A stretch of DNA of 64,000 bases. Source: a bacterium. Its GTDB lineage: Bacteria > Cyanobacteriota > Vampirovibrionia > Gastranaerophilales > Gastranaerophilaceae. The position numbers and the translations under genes were made by a program. The notes beneath the pieces were generated by a model, which was given only the letters and a program-made list of their open reading frames with translations, was not told the DNA's origin and searched no databases. Of this stretch, positions 16,762-25,127 are shown piece after piece. The stretch lies in NCBI GenBank assembly GCA_017470815.1, contig JAFUXT010000030.1, positions 24,561 through 88,560 of the forward strand. Reading direction: 5' to 3'. How positions within the stretch are numbered: position 1 is the stretch's first letter; every line of letters starts with the position of its first letter.

Positions 16762-19007
16762 TAATCAATCCTTTCCTTATCAGGATCCTCTAACTCAATA
16801 ACTTCAGCATACTGCAATACCTTTGTTTCTTTCTCCGGCTTATTGAACAATGACAGCATCTTATTTTCAGGTTCTAACGGTACCGGTTTGATATATGCAA
16901 CAGATTTCTCATTATCAGAATCTTTGCCTAATCTTTCAGGATTTTTTATGACCATTTTGTCATATTTTACTGTTGTTCCTTTTGGATTGAATGCCAAATC
17001 AACCCCAAAATAAGTTCTTTCTCTTATAAAATCGTACCCTAATATCACTTTGAAATCATCAGGTCCTAAAGACACAAGAAACGCATTTTCCTGAAAAGTC
17101 TTTTTGTTAGGAGCATCATGAGTTAAATTTATATAAGTTTGCCAAGCAACCGTTATATATTTGTTTATTCTTAACGCTTCCGATAAACGCAAACTACCTG
17201 AACCATATCGGTACGCATCATAGTGAGGCATTGGTGTCCCATCCTGATATCCGGAAAGATAATATGTAATACTCTGAATCCAATTTTTATATTGAGAGCG
17301 TACATTCGGACCTACTCTTCCGATAAACTGTGTATCCCCACTGCCATAAATTGCTGCAGATCCCTGCATTGAAACACCTGCCCTGATTGCAACTCTTGTA
17401 TTAGGATTGGCATAATGATACAATGTCTGATAAATCTGCGCCATGTATTTTGTTCTTGTAGTAGAGAAGTTTGTATTATTACGATAATGTTCACCATTTG
17501 TATTCTCATCATCATCTTTCATAAACCCAAAACTTGCACGATGAGAGAATGTCATATCTCTGTTACCGCCTAAGAACCCTCGGTGCATAAAGCCTTTATT
17601 GTAAACAATTTCAGCAATATATTTTGGCATTCTCGCTCCGGTAAACCACTCATCAACATAATTGTTATACGCATAATGCAAATATAAATCGTCATCAAGT
17701 TGTTGGCGACCTCTCAATACAAAAGTACTTCTTCTTGTAGAATACCCAAACTCTGTACGGTTGAATTTATTGACATATTTTACCATACCTCCAAATCCAA
17801 AACCGTTTTTATAGGTTACCATAGGAATAACTTTTAATACAGAGCCAAACGGGCCGCTAAATGCAAGTCCCGGACCTGCAAACATACCAATTTTTCTTTG
17901 AGAACCAAACTCAGGATAATTTCCTTCAAAATAATCACGCTCTTTGTTTGTATACATGGTAATAGACGGCCACTTGAAAAAATATTTATCATTATGACCG
18001 ATTTTTATACCTTTTGCCTTTATAACATCATGATTTTTTCTTGCATCTATTTCAAGACTTTTAACCTTGATATCAACAGCATGGTTCGGTTGCCCGAAGA
18101 ACAACGCTTTTTCATCATCGTTTACGAGCATATCAGATATTTTTGGTCCGACCATTTGTGTACTCATACGATAAATTACATCGTTATCAGAGTACATTTT
18201 ACCTTTTGTAAATATCAAAAGACCGTCTTGCTGAGTACCATGTTCTGCGGTTATGTTCAATCTTGGAAATTCAGAAAATATATTATCAGCATCTATGGTT
18301 TCTTCGTTTAAATTTACAACAAGATAATCAGAATGGGTTTCCTTGCCATCCCTTATCGTTACTACATTCCCCTCTGCATTAAGAATATTACCCTGATCAT
18401 CATAAGTCATTTTGTCCGCAATAACTTTAGTATTTTGCGGAGGCAAAAACAGTATCGGGCGGCCTGTTGCAACCATTTGCCCTGTCTGATTATCATAATT
18501 TATGTTTGAAGCATCAAGCAAAAGTTGTTTTTCAACATTTTCTTCACTTATACCTGCTTCAAGAGAAACATCCGAAGTTTCAATATTTGCAGCATTATCA
18601 ATAGAATTCAACAACTCATTTGAAGAATTATCGGAATCATCTTCAATTTTTACGGGGACTAATTTAACTTCATTCTTTCGCCAAAAAGGTTTACGCTCAG
18701 AAGGCTGCGTTTTATCTCTTGAAACAATCTGCCTGTATTTGTATGTACTTCTTAATCTCATTTGCTTAAAAAACGGCATTCTTGTGGGATCAGTATCGGA
18801 TGAATTGTAAGATTTTCCGCTAAAAGGTGCACCTATCGGATCAAAATTAACATCTCTTTCCATTACATCCATCAATTTGGTTGCTGAAGACTGAAATATA
18901 ATATCTTCAGGTTCCTGAACAGATGCATCAATACCTTCTTGTGCAATAGCAGCAGGCATTACTGTCATAAACATAAATGAAATTATAAGAATTAAGTATT
19001 TTTTCAA
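16761..19007 (-). CDS. LptD/OstA-like outer-membrane LPS-assembly protein (tentative)
   Basis: TTG start and signal peptide MKKYLILIISFMFMTVMPAAIAQ. OstA-like segment NINYDNQTGQMVATGRPILFLPPQNTKVIADKMTYDDQGNILNAEGNVVTI. Long Y/G/F-rich C-terminal region compatible with a beta-barrel. Sits upstream of lpxI and lpxB. Confidence 0.5.
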   Translation of the reverse strand: MKKYLILIISFMFMTVMPAAIAQEGIDASVQEPEDIIFQSSATKLMDVMERDVNFDPIGAPFSGKSYNSSDTDPTRMPFFKQMRLRSTYKYRQIVSRDKTQPSERKPFWRKNEVKLVPVKIEDDSDNSSNELLNSIDNAANIETSDVSLEAGISEENVEKQLLLDASNINYDNQTGQMVATGRPILFLPPQNTKVIADKMTYDDQGNILNAEGNVVTIRDGKETHSDYLVVNLNEETIDADNIFSEFPRLNITAEHGTQQDGLLIFTKGKMYSDNDVIYRMSTQMVGPKISDMLVNDDEKALFFGQPNHAVDIKVKSLEIDARKNHDVIKAKGIKIGHNDKYFFKWPSITMYTNKERDYFEGNYPEFGSQRKIGMFAGPGLAFSGPFGSVLKVIPMVTYKNGFGFGGMVKYVNKFNRTEFGYSTRRSTFVLRGRQQLDDDLYLHYAYNNYVDEWFTGARMPKYIAEIVYNKGFMHRGFLGGNRDMTFSHRASFGFMKDDDENTNGEHYRNNTNFSTTRTKYMAQIYQTLYHYANPNTRVAIRAGVSMQGSAAIYGSGDTQFIGRVGPNVRSQYKNWIQSITYYLSGYQDGTPMPHYDAYRYGSGSLRLSEALRINKYITVAWQTYINLTHDAPNKKTFQENAFLVSLGPDDFKVILGYDFIRERTYFGVDLAFNPKGTTVKYDKMVIKNPERLGKDSDNEKSVAYIKPVPLEPENKMLSLFNKPEKETKVLQYAEVIELEDPDKERID

Positions 19008-19018
19008 TTATCTATTCC

Positions 19019-20194
19019 TTATCTAACATAATTTAGCGGATTAACAGGTTTACCGTTTACACGAACCTCAAAGTGACAATGAGGACCCGTACTGTACCCT
19101 GTTGAGCCCTCTCTGCCAAGAGTTTGACCCTTTTTCACCATCACCCCGTTTGAAACAGCAATAGATGACATGTGTGCATAAAGAGTTGTTATCGGCTGAC
19201 CGTTTACGACTCCGTGGTCTAATATTACAACTTTACCATATCCGCCGTACCAGCCTGAATATATTACCTTCCCGTCATTTGAAGCCTTTATTGCACCGCC
19301 GTTAGGTCCTCCGATATCTATACCCGAATGAAATATTCTGCTTTTGAATATCGGGTGTATTCTATATCCGAACGGAGATGTTATAGGTCCTGAAATCGGT
19401 CTGATAAATCCTGTTGAAGTTATTTTAACCTGAGATGATGAACCTGCATTGTTTTTAGATAGTTTTGCAAGCATGTTTTGAATGTTTGCTGACTGATTAG
19501 CAAGTTCTTTTTCGGTTTTTTCGTAATAAGCCTTATCTTTTTTAAGCCTTTCAATCATTGATTTATTTGCAGCGATAGAATTTTGAATAGCAGTACGCTG
19601 ATTATTGATATCTCTTATAGAAGATTCAATCATTCGCTTTTGGCGTTCCACCTGTGACTTTAAAGCCGCAATATGCTGTGCTTTTGCTTTTAATGCCTGA
19701 ATACGCCTGTAATCTTCCATAATAACAATTTTTTCAAAATAGAATGTGTCTAAAAGAGTATTAACATCTCTCGCATTCAATATTGAATCAAACATTCCTG
19801 TTCTCTGGTGCATAAAAACTTGTCTGATACGTTGTTTCATAGCAGCATCAAGTTTTTGAAACTCGGCAAGAGCGTGATTTAATTGCACTTCCATAGACGA
19901 AAGATTTGTTACAAGGTTATTATAACGAATAGTATTTTGCTGAAGCCTTGAGTGGGCAATTTCAAGTTTTTGCTGATTTGAACTCAATTTATTTTGTTCT
20001 CTGCGCAAACGTAAATCTGCTTTTTTCTTTTGTTGTTGGAGGTAATTTCTTTTATTATTGGTTTGTCTTAATTTTTGTTTTAATTGAACTGAAGATTGTG
20101 ACGACGCAGACAAAACAGGTTCACCGCCCATACCGATGATACCGAATGCAATAATGCACACAAATACATATTTTAATATATTTTTAATCTTCAT
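19019..20194 (-). CDS. M23 peptidase with N-terminal coiled coil (EnvC-like murein hydrolase activator or peptidase)
   Basis: Signal anchor and a Q/K-rich coiled coil. C-terminal HSGIDIGGPNGGAIKA...LYAHMSS...GSTGYSTGPHCHFEVR is the LytM/M23 signature. Confidence 0.85.
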   Translation of the reverse strand: MKIKNILKYVFVCIIAFGIIGMGGEPVLSASSQSSVQLKQKLRQTNNKRNYLQQQKKKADLRLRREQNKLSSNQQKLEIAHSRLQQNTIRYNNLVTNLSSMEVQLNHALAEFQKLDAAMKQRIRQVFMHQRTGMFDSILNARDVNTLLDTFYFEKIVIMEDYRRIQALKAKAQHIAALKSQVERQKRMIESSIRDINNQRTAIQNSIAANKSMIERLKKDKAYYEKTEKELANQSANIQNMLAKLSKNNAGSSSQVKITSTGFIRPISGPITSPFGYRIHPIFKSRIFHSGIDIGGPNGGAIKASNDGKVIYSGWYGGYGKVVILDHGVVNGQPITTLYAHMSSIAVSNGVMVKKGQTLGREGSTGYSTGPHCHFEVRVNGKPVNPLNYVR

Positions 20195-20202
20195 ACTTCA
20201 AG

Positions 20203-20313
20203 TTATTTCATTAAAGAAAAAGCCGCAAACAATAATGACCCGAAAGTCCATAATAGAAAACAAGTTCCCATCACTATTATAAAGGCTTTTTGGTGTTTTC
20301 TGAAAAATTCCAT
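20203..20313 (-). CDS. Candidate 36-aa single-TM micro-protein (below the ORF-track size cut-off)
   Basis: GGGGAG SD lies 5 nt before ATG 20313. Product MEFFRKHQKAFIIVMGTCFLLWTFGSLLFAAFSLMK. Ends 8 nt before the M23 peptidase ATG. Confidence 0.35.
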   Translation of the reverse strand: MEFFRKHQKAFIIVMGTCFLLWTFGSLLFAAFSLMK

Positions 20314-20401
20314 AATTACTCCCCTACTACAAATATTTTACTATCAAAATACTTATAGTGCAAGAAAATTACATAACTTTTGGTAACAAAATATGAATGG
20401 G

Positions 20402-21283
20402 CTAAAATTCAAACAAACTTTGAAAAATCTGAATAAAATCATTTGCGTTTACAACTTTGCAGGCACGGTCGTTTAAAATAATCTGCAAAAGTTTTATATC
20501 AGAAATCGACATATCTTTCATTTCGGGAAACTCAATCTGATTTGGGTCTTTGAGCATTTTGCGGTCTTTACTCTTTTCCTGAAGAATATTATCCCCAACA
20601 TATAAAAGTTGTTTTTTGGTAAATTCGCAGCGTACTTTTGGCGCAAAACCAAAAACTTCAACCGTCCCCGGCTCAAACCCGTAAGTATCCTCAAATGTCG
20701 TACCTGCATCAAGCATATTTGCATCAAAATTCAGGACACATTTATTATTTATCCACCCTGCAATTTCAATGTTATACCTCATTTTCATTCCCATATATTC
20801 TGTTGTCATAGTTTCCTTATAAGGCTCACACATTGACAAATTACTCTCAAAACTCTTTGGGCGTTTTACAACGGGAACATGCGGCAATACTGATGCCCCT
20901 GCATCTCTGTCCCTGTTAGATAGGATATTTGGCTCTTTGGGTTTTTGTGCATAATTCTGTTCGGGTTCAGCACGGTAAGAACGGTTAAAATTTTGCGGTT
21001 CGGAATTTGTAAAATATTTATCAGAAGAAGATTCTGCCTGTTGGTTATAGGAATTTGAATTATGCCTGTCATTTATTCTGAATTCCGGTACAAGCGGAGA
21101 AGTATTTGACAGAGTTGCTGCTGAATTTTCAATAACTGTCTCAGGCTGTTCCAATGGAGTCTGAGAGGCAATTTGCGAAACAGATTCTGTTTTTCTCTGT
21201 GTTACAGGTGACGGATGAAAAATTATATATAAAAGAACAACAATAATTGCTACCAAGATACCAATAATTATATTTTGCTTCAT
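20402..21283 (-). CDS. Hypothetical protein: N-terminal TM, low-complexity S/N/Q/P linker, C-terminal globular domain
   Basis: 293-aa ORF abutting the sdaAA stop (TAAATG). No family recognised. Confidence 0.55.
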   Translation of the reverse strand: MKQNIIIGILVAIIVVLLYIIFHPSPVTQRKTESVSQIASQTPLEQPETVIENSAATLSNTSPLVPEFRINDRHNSNSYNQQAESSSDKYFTNSEPQNFNRSYRAEPEQNYAQKPKEPNILSNRDRDAGASVLPHVPVVKRPKSFESNLSMCEPYKETMTTEYMGMKMRYNIEIAGWINNKCVLNFDANMLDAGTTFEDTYGFEPGTVEVFGFAPKVRCEFTKKQLLYVGDNILQEKSKDRKMLKDPNQIEFPEMKDMSISDIKLLQIILNDRACKVVNANDFIQIFQSLFEF

Positions 21284-22165
21284 TTAACCTCCAAAAACCT
21301 GTGCTTTGATTTTTAAACCTGTTTTTGTTGTTGCAAGTCCCGCTTGCGAACTTTCTTTTAACATAGGTGACATCAACGCACCTGTTTGAGCCATGGAATC
21401 AACAACCTCATCAAAAGGGATTTTTGATTCTACACCTGATAGCGCAAGTTCAACCGCCGTAATTGAATGAATAGCAAGAAACGGGTTGCGTTTAACACAC
21501 GGAACTTCAACCAAACCTGCAACAGGATCACAGGTTAAACCCAAAAGATTTTTAAGTGCAAGTGCAGAGGCATTGAGTATTTGTTTTACACTTCCGCCCC
21601 TCAACTGACAAACAGCCGCTGCAGCCATAGCAGATGCTGTTCCGCATTCTGCCTGACAACCTGCAACCGCTCCTGCAAGCGCAACTTTTATTGAAATAAT
21701 TCTGCCGATTTCACCTGCAGTAATCAAGGCATTTAGTTGTTCCGTTTCGGAATAATCATATTGCCTGCTCACCCCTATTAATGCAGCAGGCAAAATTCCG
21801 CAAGAACCGGCAGTCGGGCAGGCAACAATAGTCCCCATTCGAATATTTTCCTCACTTGTTGCAAGTGCATATTCAACTATTTTTTCAAATAAAGAACCAA
21901 ACATTGAGCCCTCTTTTTCAAATCTTTTTTGTAATTTATTACAGTCAGTACCGCACATACCGCTAAAAGAAGGTTCACAACTATTTAAACCGGAATTTAT
22001 CGCTTCTTTCATCGCAAAAAGACTTTTATTTGCGAAAGTACGGACCTCATCAACTGTAATATCTTGTGATGTTGCCATAACTTCCTGTGCGATTTCATAA
22101 ATCTTTTTATCAGTTGAAATACATACATTATGAAGTTGTTCAAAAGTGCTTATATTTAAATCCAT
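21284..22165 (-). CDS. sdaAA: L-serine dehydratase, iron-sulfur-dependent, alpha subunit
   Basis: GTIVACPTAGSCGILPAAL and GCQAECGTASAMAAAA motifs. Paired with the beta subunit immediately upstream. Confidence 0.9.
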   Translation of the reverse strand: MDLNISTFEQLHNVCISTDKKIYEIAQEVMATSQDITVDEVRTFANKSLFAMKEAINSGLNSCEPSFSGMCGTDCNKLQKRFEKEGSMFGSLFEKIVEYALATSEENIRMGTIVACPTAGSCGILPAALIGVSRQYDYSETEQLNALITAGEIGRIISIKVALAGAVAGCQAECGTASAMAAAAVCQLRGGSVKQILNASALALKNLLGLTCDPVAGLVEVPCVKRNPFLAIHSITAVELALSGVESKIPFDEVVDSMAQTGALMSPMLKESSQAGLATTKTGLKIKAQVFGG

Positions 22166-22166
22166 T

Positions 22167-22835
22167 TTAATTTTCCAATTTTTTCACATAAGTTACAAAA
22201 TAAATATCTTCCATTTTTTCAATATTATGAACTATTTCATCTTGCAGATACCCATCAATACAAATAATCATTGAGGCATCCTGACCTTTTGCACTCCTGT
22301 CGCAATTCAGTGATGCTATATTTATATTTGCCCCCTGAAGTTGAGAAGTTACATTTGAAATCATACCCGGTTTGTCTTTATAAACAATAATCAAAGTATT
22401 GTAATTTCCGGATAATGCAACATTGAAATCATTGATTTTTGTAATAAGAATTTCACCGGCACCTACACTGTCACCAGAAATTTTCATGTTGTAGTTTCCA
22501 TAAAGTTCAATATCCACAGCGTTTGGATGTCTGCGAAAATTGTCAAAATACTCAAATTTGTATTCAATATTTTTTGAAATATCATTATTAAAAATATCTT
22601 TAATTCTGCGGTCCGCAACACCTAAACCTAAAATTCCCGCAAGCAGCCCTTTATCGGTTCCATGACCTTTGCCTGTATGTGCGTAGGAATTATAAAGTTT
22701 AAACACTACTTTTTTCGGCACAGATTTATAAATATTTCTTGCAAGAAGCCCAAGACGAACCGCACCTGCAGTATGAGAACTTGAAGGTCCGGCCATGACC
22801 GGCGAAATTATATCAAATAAAGTAGATTTTTTCAT
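22167..22835 (-). CDS. sdaAB: L-serine dehydratase, iron-sulfur-dependent, beta subunit (with ACT-like domain)
   Basis: N-terminal FDIISPVMAGPSSSHTAGAVRLG is typical of SdaAB. Gene order sdaAB-sdaAA. Confidence 0.9.
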   Translation of the reverse strand: MKKSTLFDIISPVMAGPSSSHTAGAVRLGLLARNIYKSVPKKVVFKLYNSYAHTGKGHGTDKGLLAGILGLGVADRRIKDIFNNDISKNIEYKFEYFDNFRRHPNAVDIELYGNYNMKISGDSVGAGEILITKINDFNVALSGNYNTLIIVYKDKPGMISNVTSQLQGANINIASLNCDRSAKGQDASMIICIDGYLQDEIVHNIEKMEDIYFVTYVKKLEN

Positions 22836-23056
22836 TAATAACTCCGTTCCAAATCTTGCTTAATTCGCACATCACGAAGATTTTTTGCCTTTTGCAGTTC
22901 ATCAAGTTGATGATTTATATATTCCTGTCTTGTTTTAATTTCCTTATGCTCATTTATAACTGATTTAACAGGATTAACACCCTTAAAAATAAAAAAGCAG
23001 GCAAGTAAAACAACAAGAACTATTAACATTTCTATAGCGGAAAAACCTTTTTTCAC
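22835..23056 (-). CDS. Short prepilin-type (type IV pilin/pseudopilin-like) protein
   Basis: GTG start. N-terminus MKKGFSAIEMLIVLVVLL fits the class III signal (G/F-x-x-x-E plus a hydrophobic helix). 73 aa. Confidence 0.6.
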   Translation of the reverse strand: MKKGFSAIEMLIVLVVLLACFFIFKGVNPVKSVINEHKEIKTRQEYINHQLDELQKAKNLRDVRIKQDLERSY

Positions 23057-23058
23057 AA

Positions 23059-23355
23059 CTACCTCAAGCGATTTTTGGCAATAAACATCATAACCGCTTC
23101 ATCTTTATCTGCAGGTGTACGCAATGAATCTTTTCTGAGTTTAAAATCTTTAATCTGTTCTCCGACAAAAAACTTGTTATACAAAGATAATCCTATATAC
23201 AAAATCAGAGAAAATGCAACAACACCGCCCATTGCAAGCCCGAATTTTGACATAACCGTCTTCATTTCAGGAGTCAATTTCGAAGCAAATGACGGCATGG
23301 CCGTAAATAATACCGCCATAACCGTCATTATTATTCTGTAAAAATTATTCTTCAT
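23059..23355 (-). CDS. Small hypothetical membrane protein
   Basis: Start re-placed to ATG 23355 (MKNNFYRIIMTVMAVLFTAMPSFA, signal-like), which overlaps the RNase E/G stop by 11 nt. Contains a second TM. The longer track ORF would run deep into the RNase gene. Confidence 0.45.
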   Translation of the reverse strand: MKNNFYRIIMTVMAVLFTAMPSFASKLTPEMKTVMSKFGLAMGGVVAFSLILYIGLSLYNKFFVGEQIKDFKLRKDSLRTPADKDEAVMMFIAKNRLR

Positions 23356-25111
23356 TTTCAACCTTTTTCTTTGTTGTTTTTCTTTTTGAAGCACCTCTGT
23401 TTGGTCGCTTTTTAGGTTTATCCTCTTTAACTTCCTCAACAGTTATAGTTTCTTCAGTTGCAACAGGAGTTTCTTCCGCTACGGCTTTTTTAGAAGTTCT
23501 GCGTCTTGCTGGCTTTTTCTTTTCTTCTTTAGGTGTTTCCGTCGGAACTTCTGTTTGAACTTCAGCCTCTACAGTTTCAACAGGTGCTTCTTCTGTTTGA
23601 GGTTTGTTATTTTTATTGAAACGATTTTTCCTGTTGCGTCTGTTATTTTCTTTTCTTGTTGTTTCTTCAGATGCTACAACTGCAGGTTCAGTATCAACTG
23701 TCGGTCTTTCAATTGTTTCTTCAATCGTTTCAACAGGTGTTTCTTCTGTTTGAGGTTTATTGTTTTTATTAAATTTATTATTTTTCTTAAACGCACCTGA
23801 CGGAAGTTTAACTTTTGCTGCTTTTGCTCTGTATTCCCCTTCCGCAACAGGAGTAGCAAAATTAAAATCAATTACTGAACACCCTGAGCCCTGACAATGC
23901 GGGCATTTTTTGGTAAAAATTTCCGCTAAAGACTGACCTTGTCTGTGTCTTGTAAGTTCTACAAGTCCCAAATCAGACAACTGCCCAACCTGCGGTTTCG
24001 CTTTATCCGCTTCAAGAGCAATTTCAAGTTCTTCAAGCATAGCAAGTTTGTCGGCTCTGCTTGTCATATCGATAAAGTCAACAATAACCATACCGCCGAT
24101 ATTTCTCAAACGAAGTTGTCTTGCAATTTCATGCACCGCTTCAATATTCGTTTTTAAAATTGTTTCATCCTGAGTAGCAGAACTGATAAATTTGCCACTG
24201 TTTACATCTATTACCGTTAAGGCTTCTGTCTGCTGAATAAACAGATACCCGCCTGACGGCATATTAACTTTTACATTCAAAGCCGCTTTAATTTCTTTGT
24301 GTATATCCATCGCAATCAATAACGGCTCATTTCCTTTATATAGAGTTACTTTCACACCTTTATTTATATGCCAATTTTGCAAAATATTTTGGACACGGTT
24401 AAGTGCAAACGGAGTATCTACAATTATTTCCGAAACATCTTCGGTACATGCCTCACGAATAACCTTATAGAGCAAATCCTGATCACGATAAATTAAACTC
24501 GGGGCTTCAAGAGTTTCTGAAGACGTAATTATATTATTCCATTTTTCCAAAAGGATTTCCAAATCTTCCTGAATATCCGCTTCGGATTGCCCTTCTGCTT
24601 CTGTTCTGATAATAACACCGACCCCGACAGGCTTAATCAAATTAACAATAGCCTTTAATCTTGCTCTTTCTTTAGAATTTTCAATTTTTTTAGAAACACT
24701 GACTCCCGGTTCATAAGGCATTAAAACCAAAAATCTGCCGGGAAGACTGATTTCAGTTGTAACTCTCGGACCTTTGTGCCCTGTCGGTTCTTTTACAACC
24801 TGAACTACAAGTTTTTGTTTCGGAGAAAGTTTTTCTTTTAGCGAACCTTTGCCCATGACATCTTCTGCGTGCAAAAATCCCATTTTGTCAGTTCCGACAT
24901 TTACAAACGCCGCATCAATACTTGGCAGAATGTTATCTACACTTGCAAGATAAACATCACCTAACAAAACATCTCCTCTTTGGATAAAAAAGTCTGTAAC
25001 CTTTTTGTTTTCTAACAATGCGGCGATATTATCGCGCTCTGCTATCACAATTTTTTTGTCAATTTGCTGATTTTGATTTTGTCTTTGATTGTTGTTTCTG
25101 TTGTTACCCAT
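23345..25111 (-). CDS. Ribonuclease E/G family protein with a repetitive basic/acidic C-terminal tail
   Basis: S1 domain (GDVYLASVDNILPSIDAAFVNVGTDKMGFLH), catalytic core (LTVIDVNSGKF, GGMVIVDFIDM) and Zn-link CPHCQGSG. The tail carries a 51-codon duplication. Confidence 0.88.
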   Translation of the reverse strand: MGNNRNNNQRQNQNQQIDKKIVIAERDNIAALLENKKVTDFFIQRGDVLLGDVYLASVDNILPSIDAAFVNVGTDKMGFLHAEDVMGKGSLKEKLSPKQKLVVQVVKEPTGHKGPRVTTEISLPGRFLVLMPYEPGVSVSKKIENSKERARLKAIVNLIKPVGVGVIIRTEAEGQSEADIQEDLEILLEKWNNIITSSETLEAPSLIYRDQDLLYKVIREACTEDVSEIIVDTPFALNRVQNILQNWHINKGVKVTLYKGNEPLLIAMDIHKEIKAALNVKVNMPSGGYLFIQQTEALTVIDVNSGKFISSATQDETILKTNIEAVHEIARQLRLRNIGGMVIVDFIDMTSRADKLAMLEELEIALEADKAKPQVGQLSDLGLVELTRHRQGQSLAEIFTKKCPHCQGSGCSVIDFNFATPVAEGEYRAKAAKVKLPSGAFKKNNKFNKNNKPQTEETPVETIEETIERPTVDTEPAVVASEETTRKENNRRNRKNRFNKNNKPQTEEAPVETVEAEVQTEVPTETPKEEKKKPARRRTSKKAVAEETPVATEETITVEEVKEDKPKKRPNRGASKRKTTKKKVENEE

Positions 25112-25127
25112 AAAAATCTTTCCTTCT

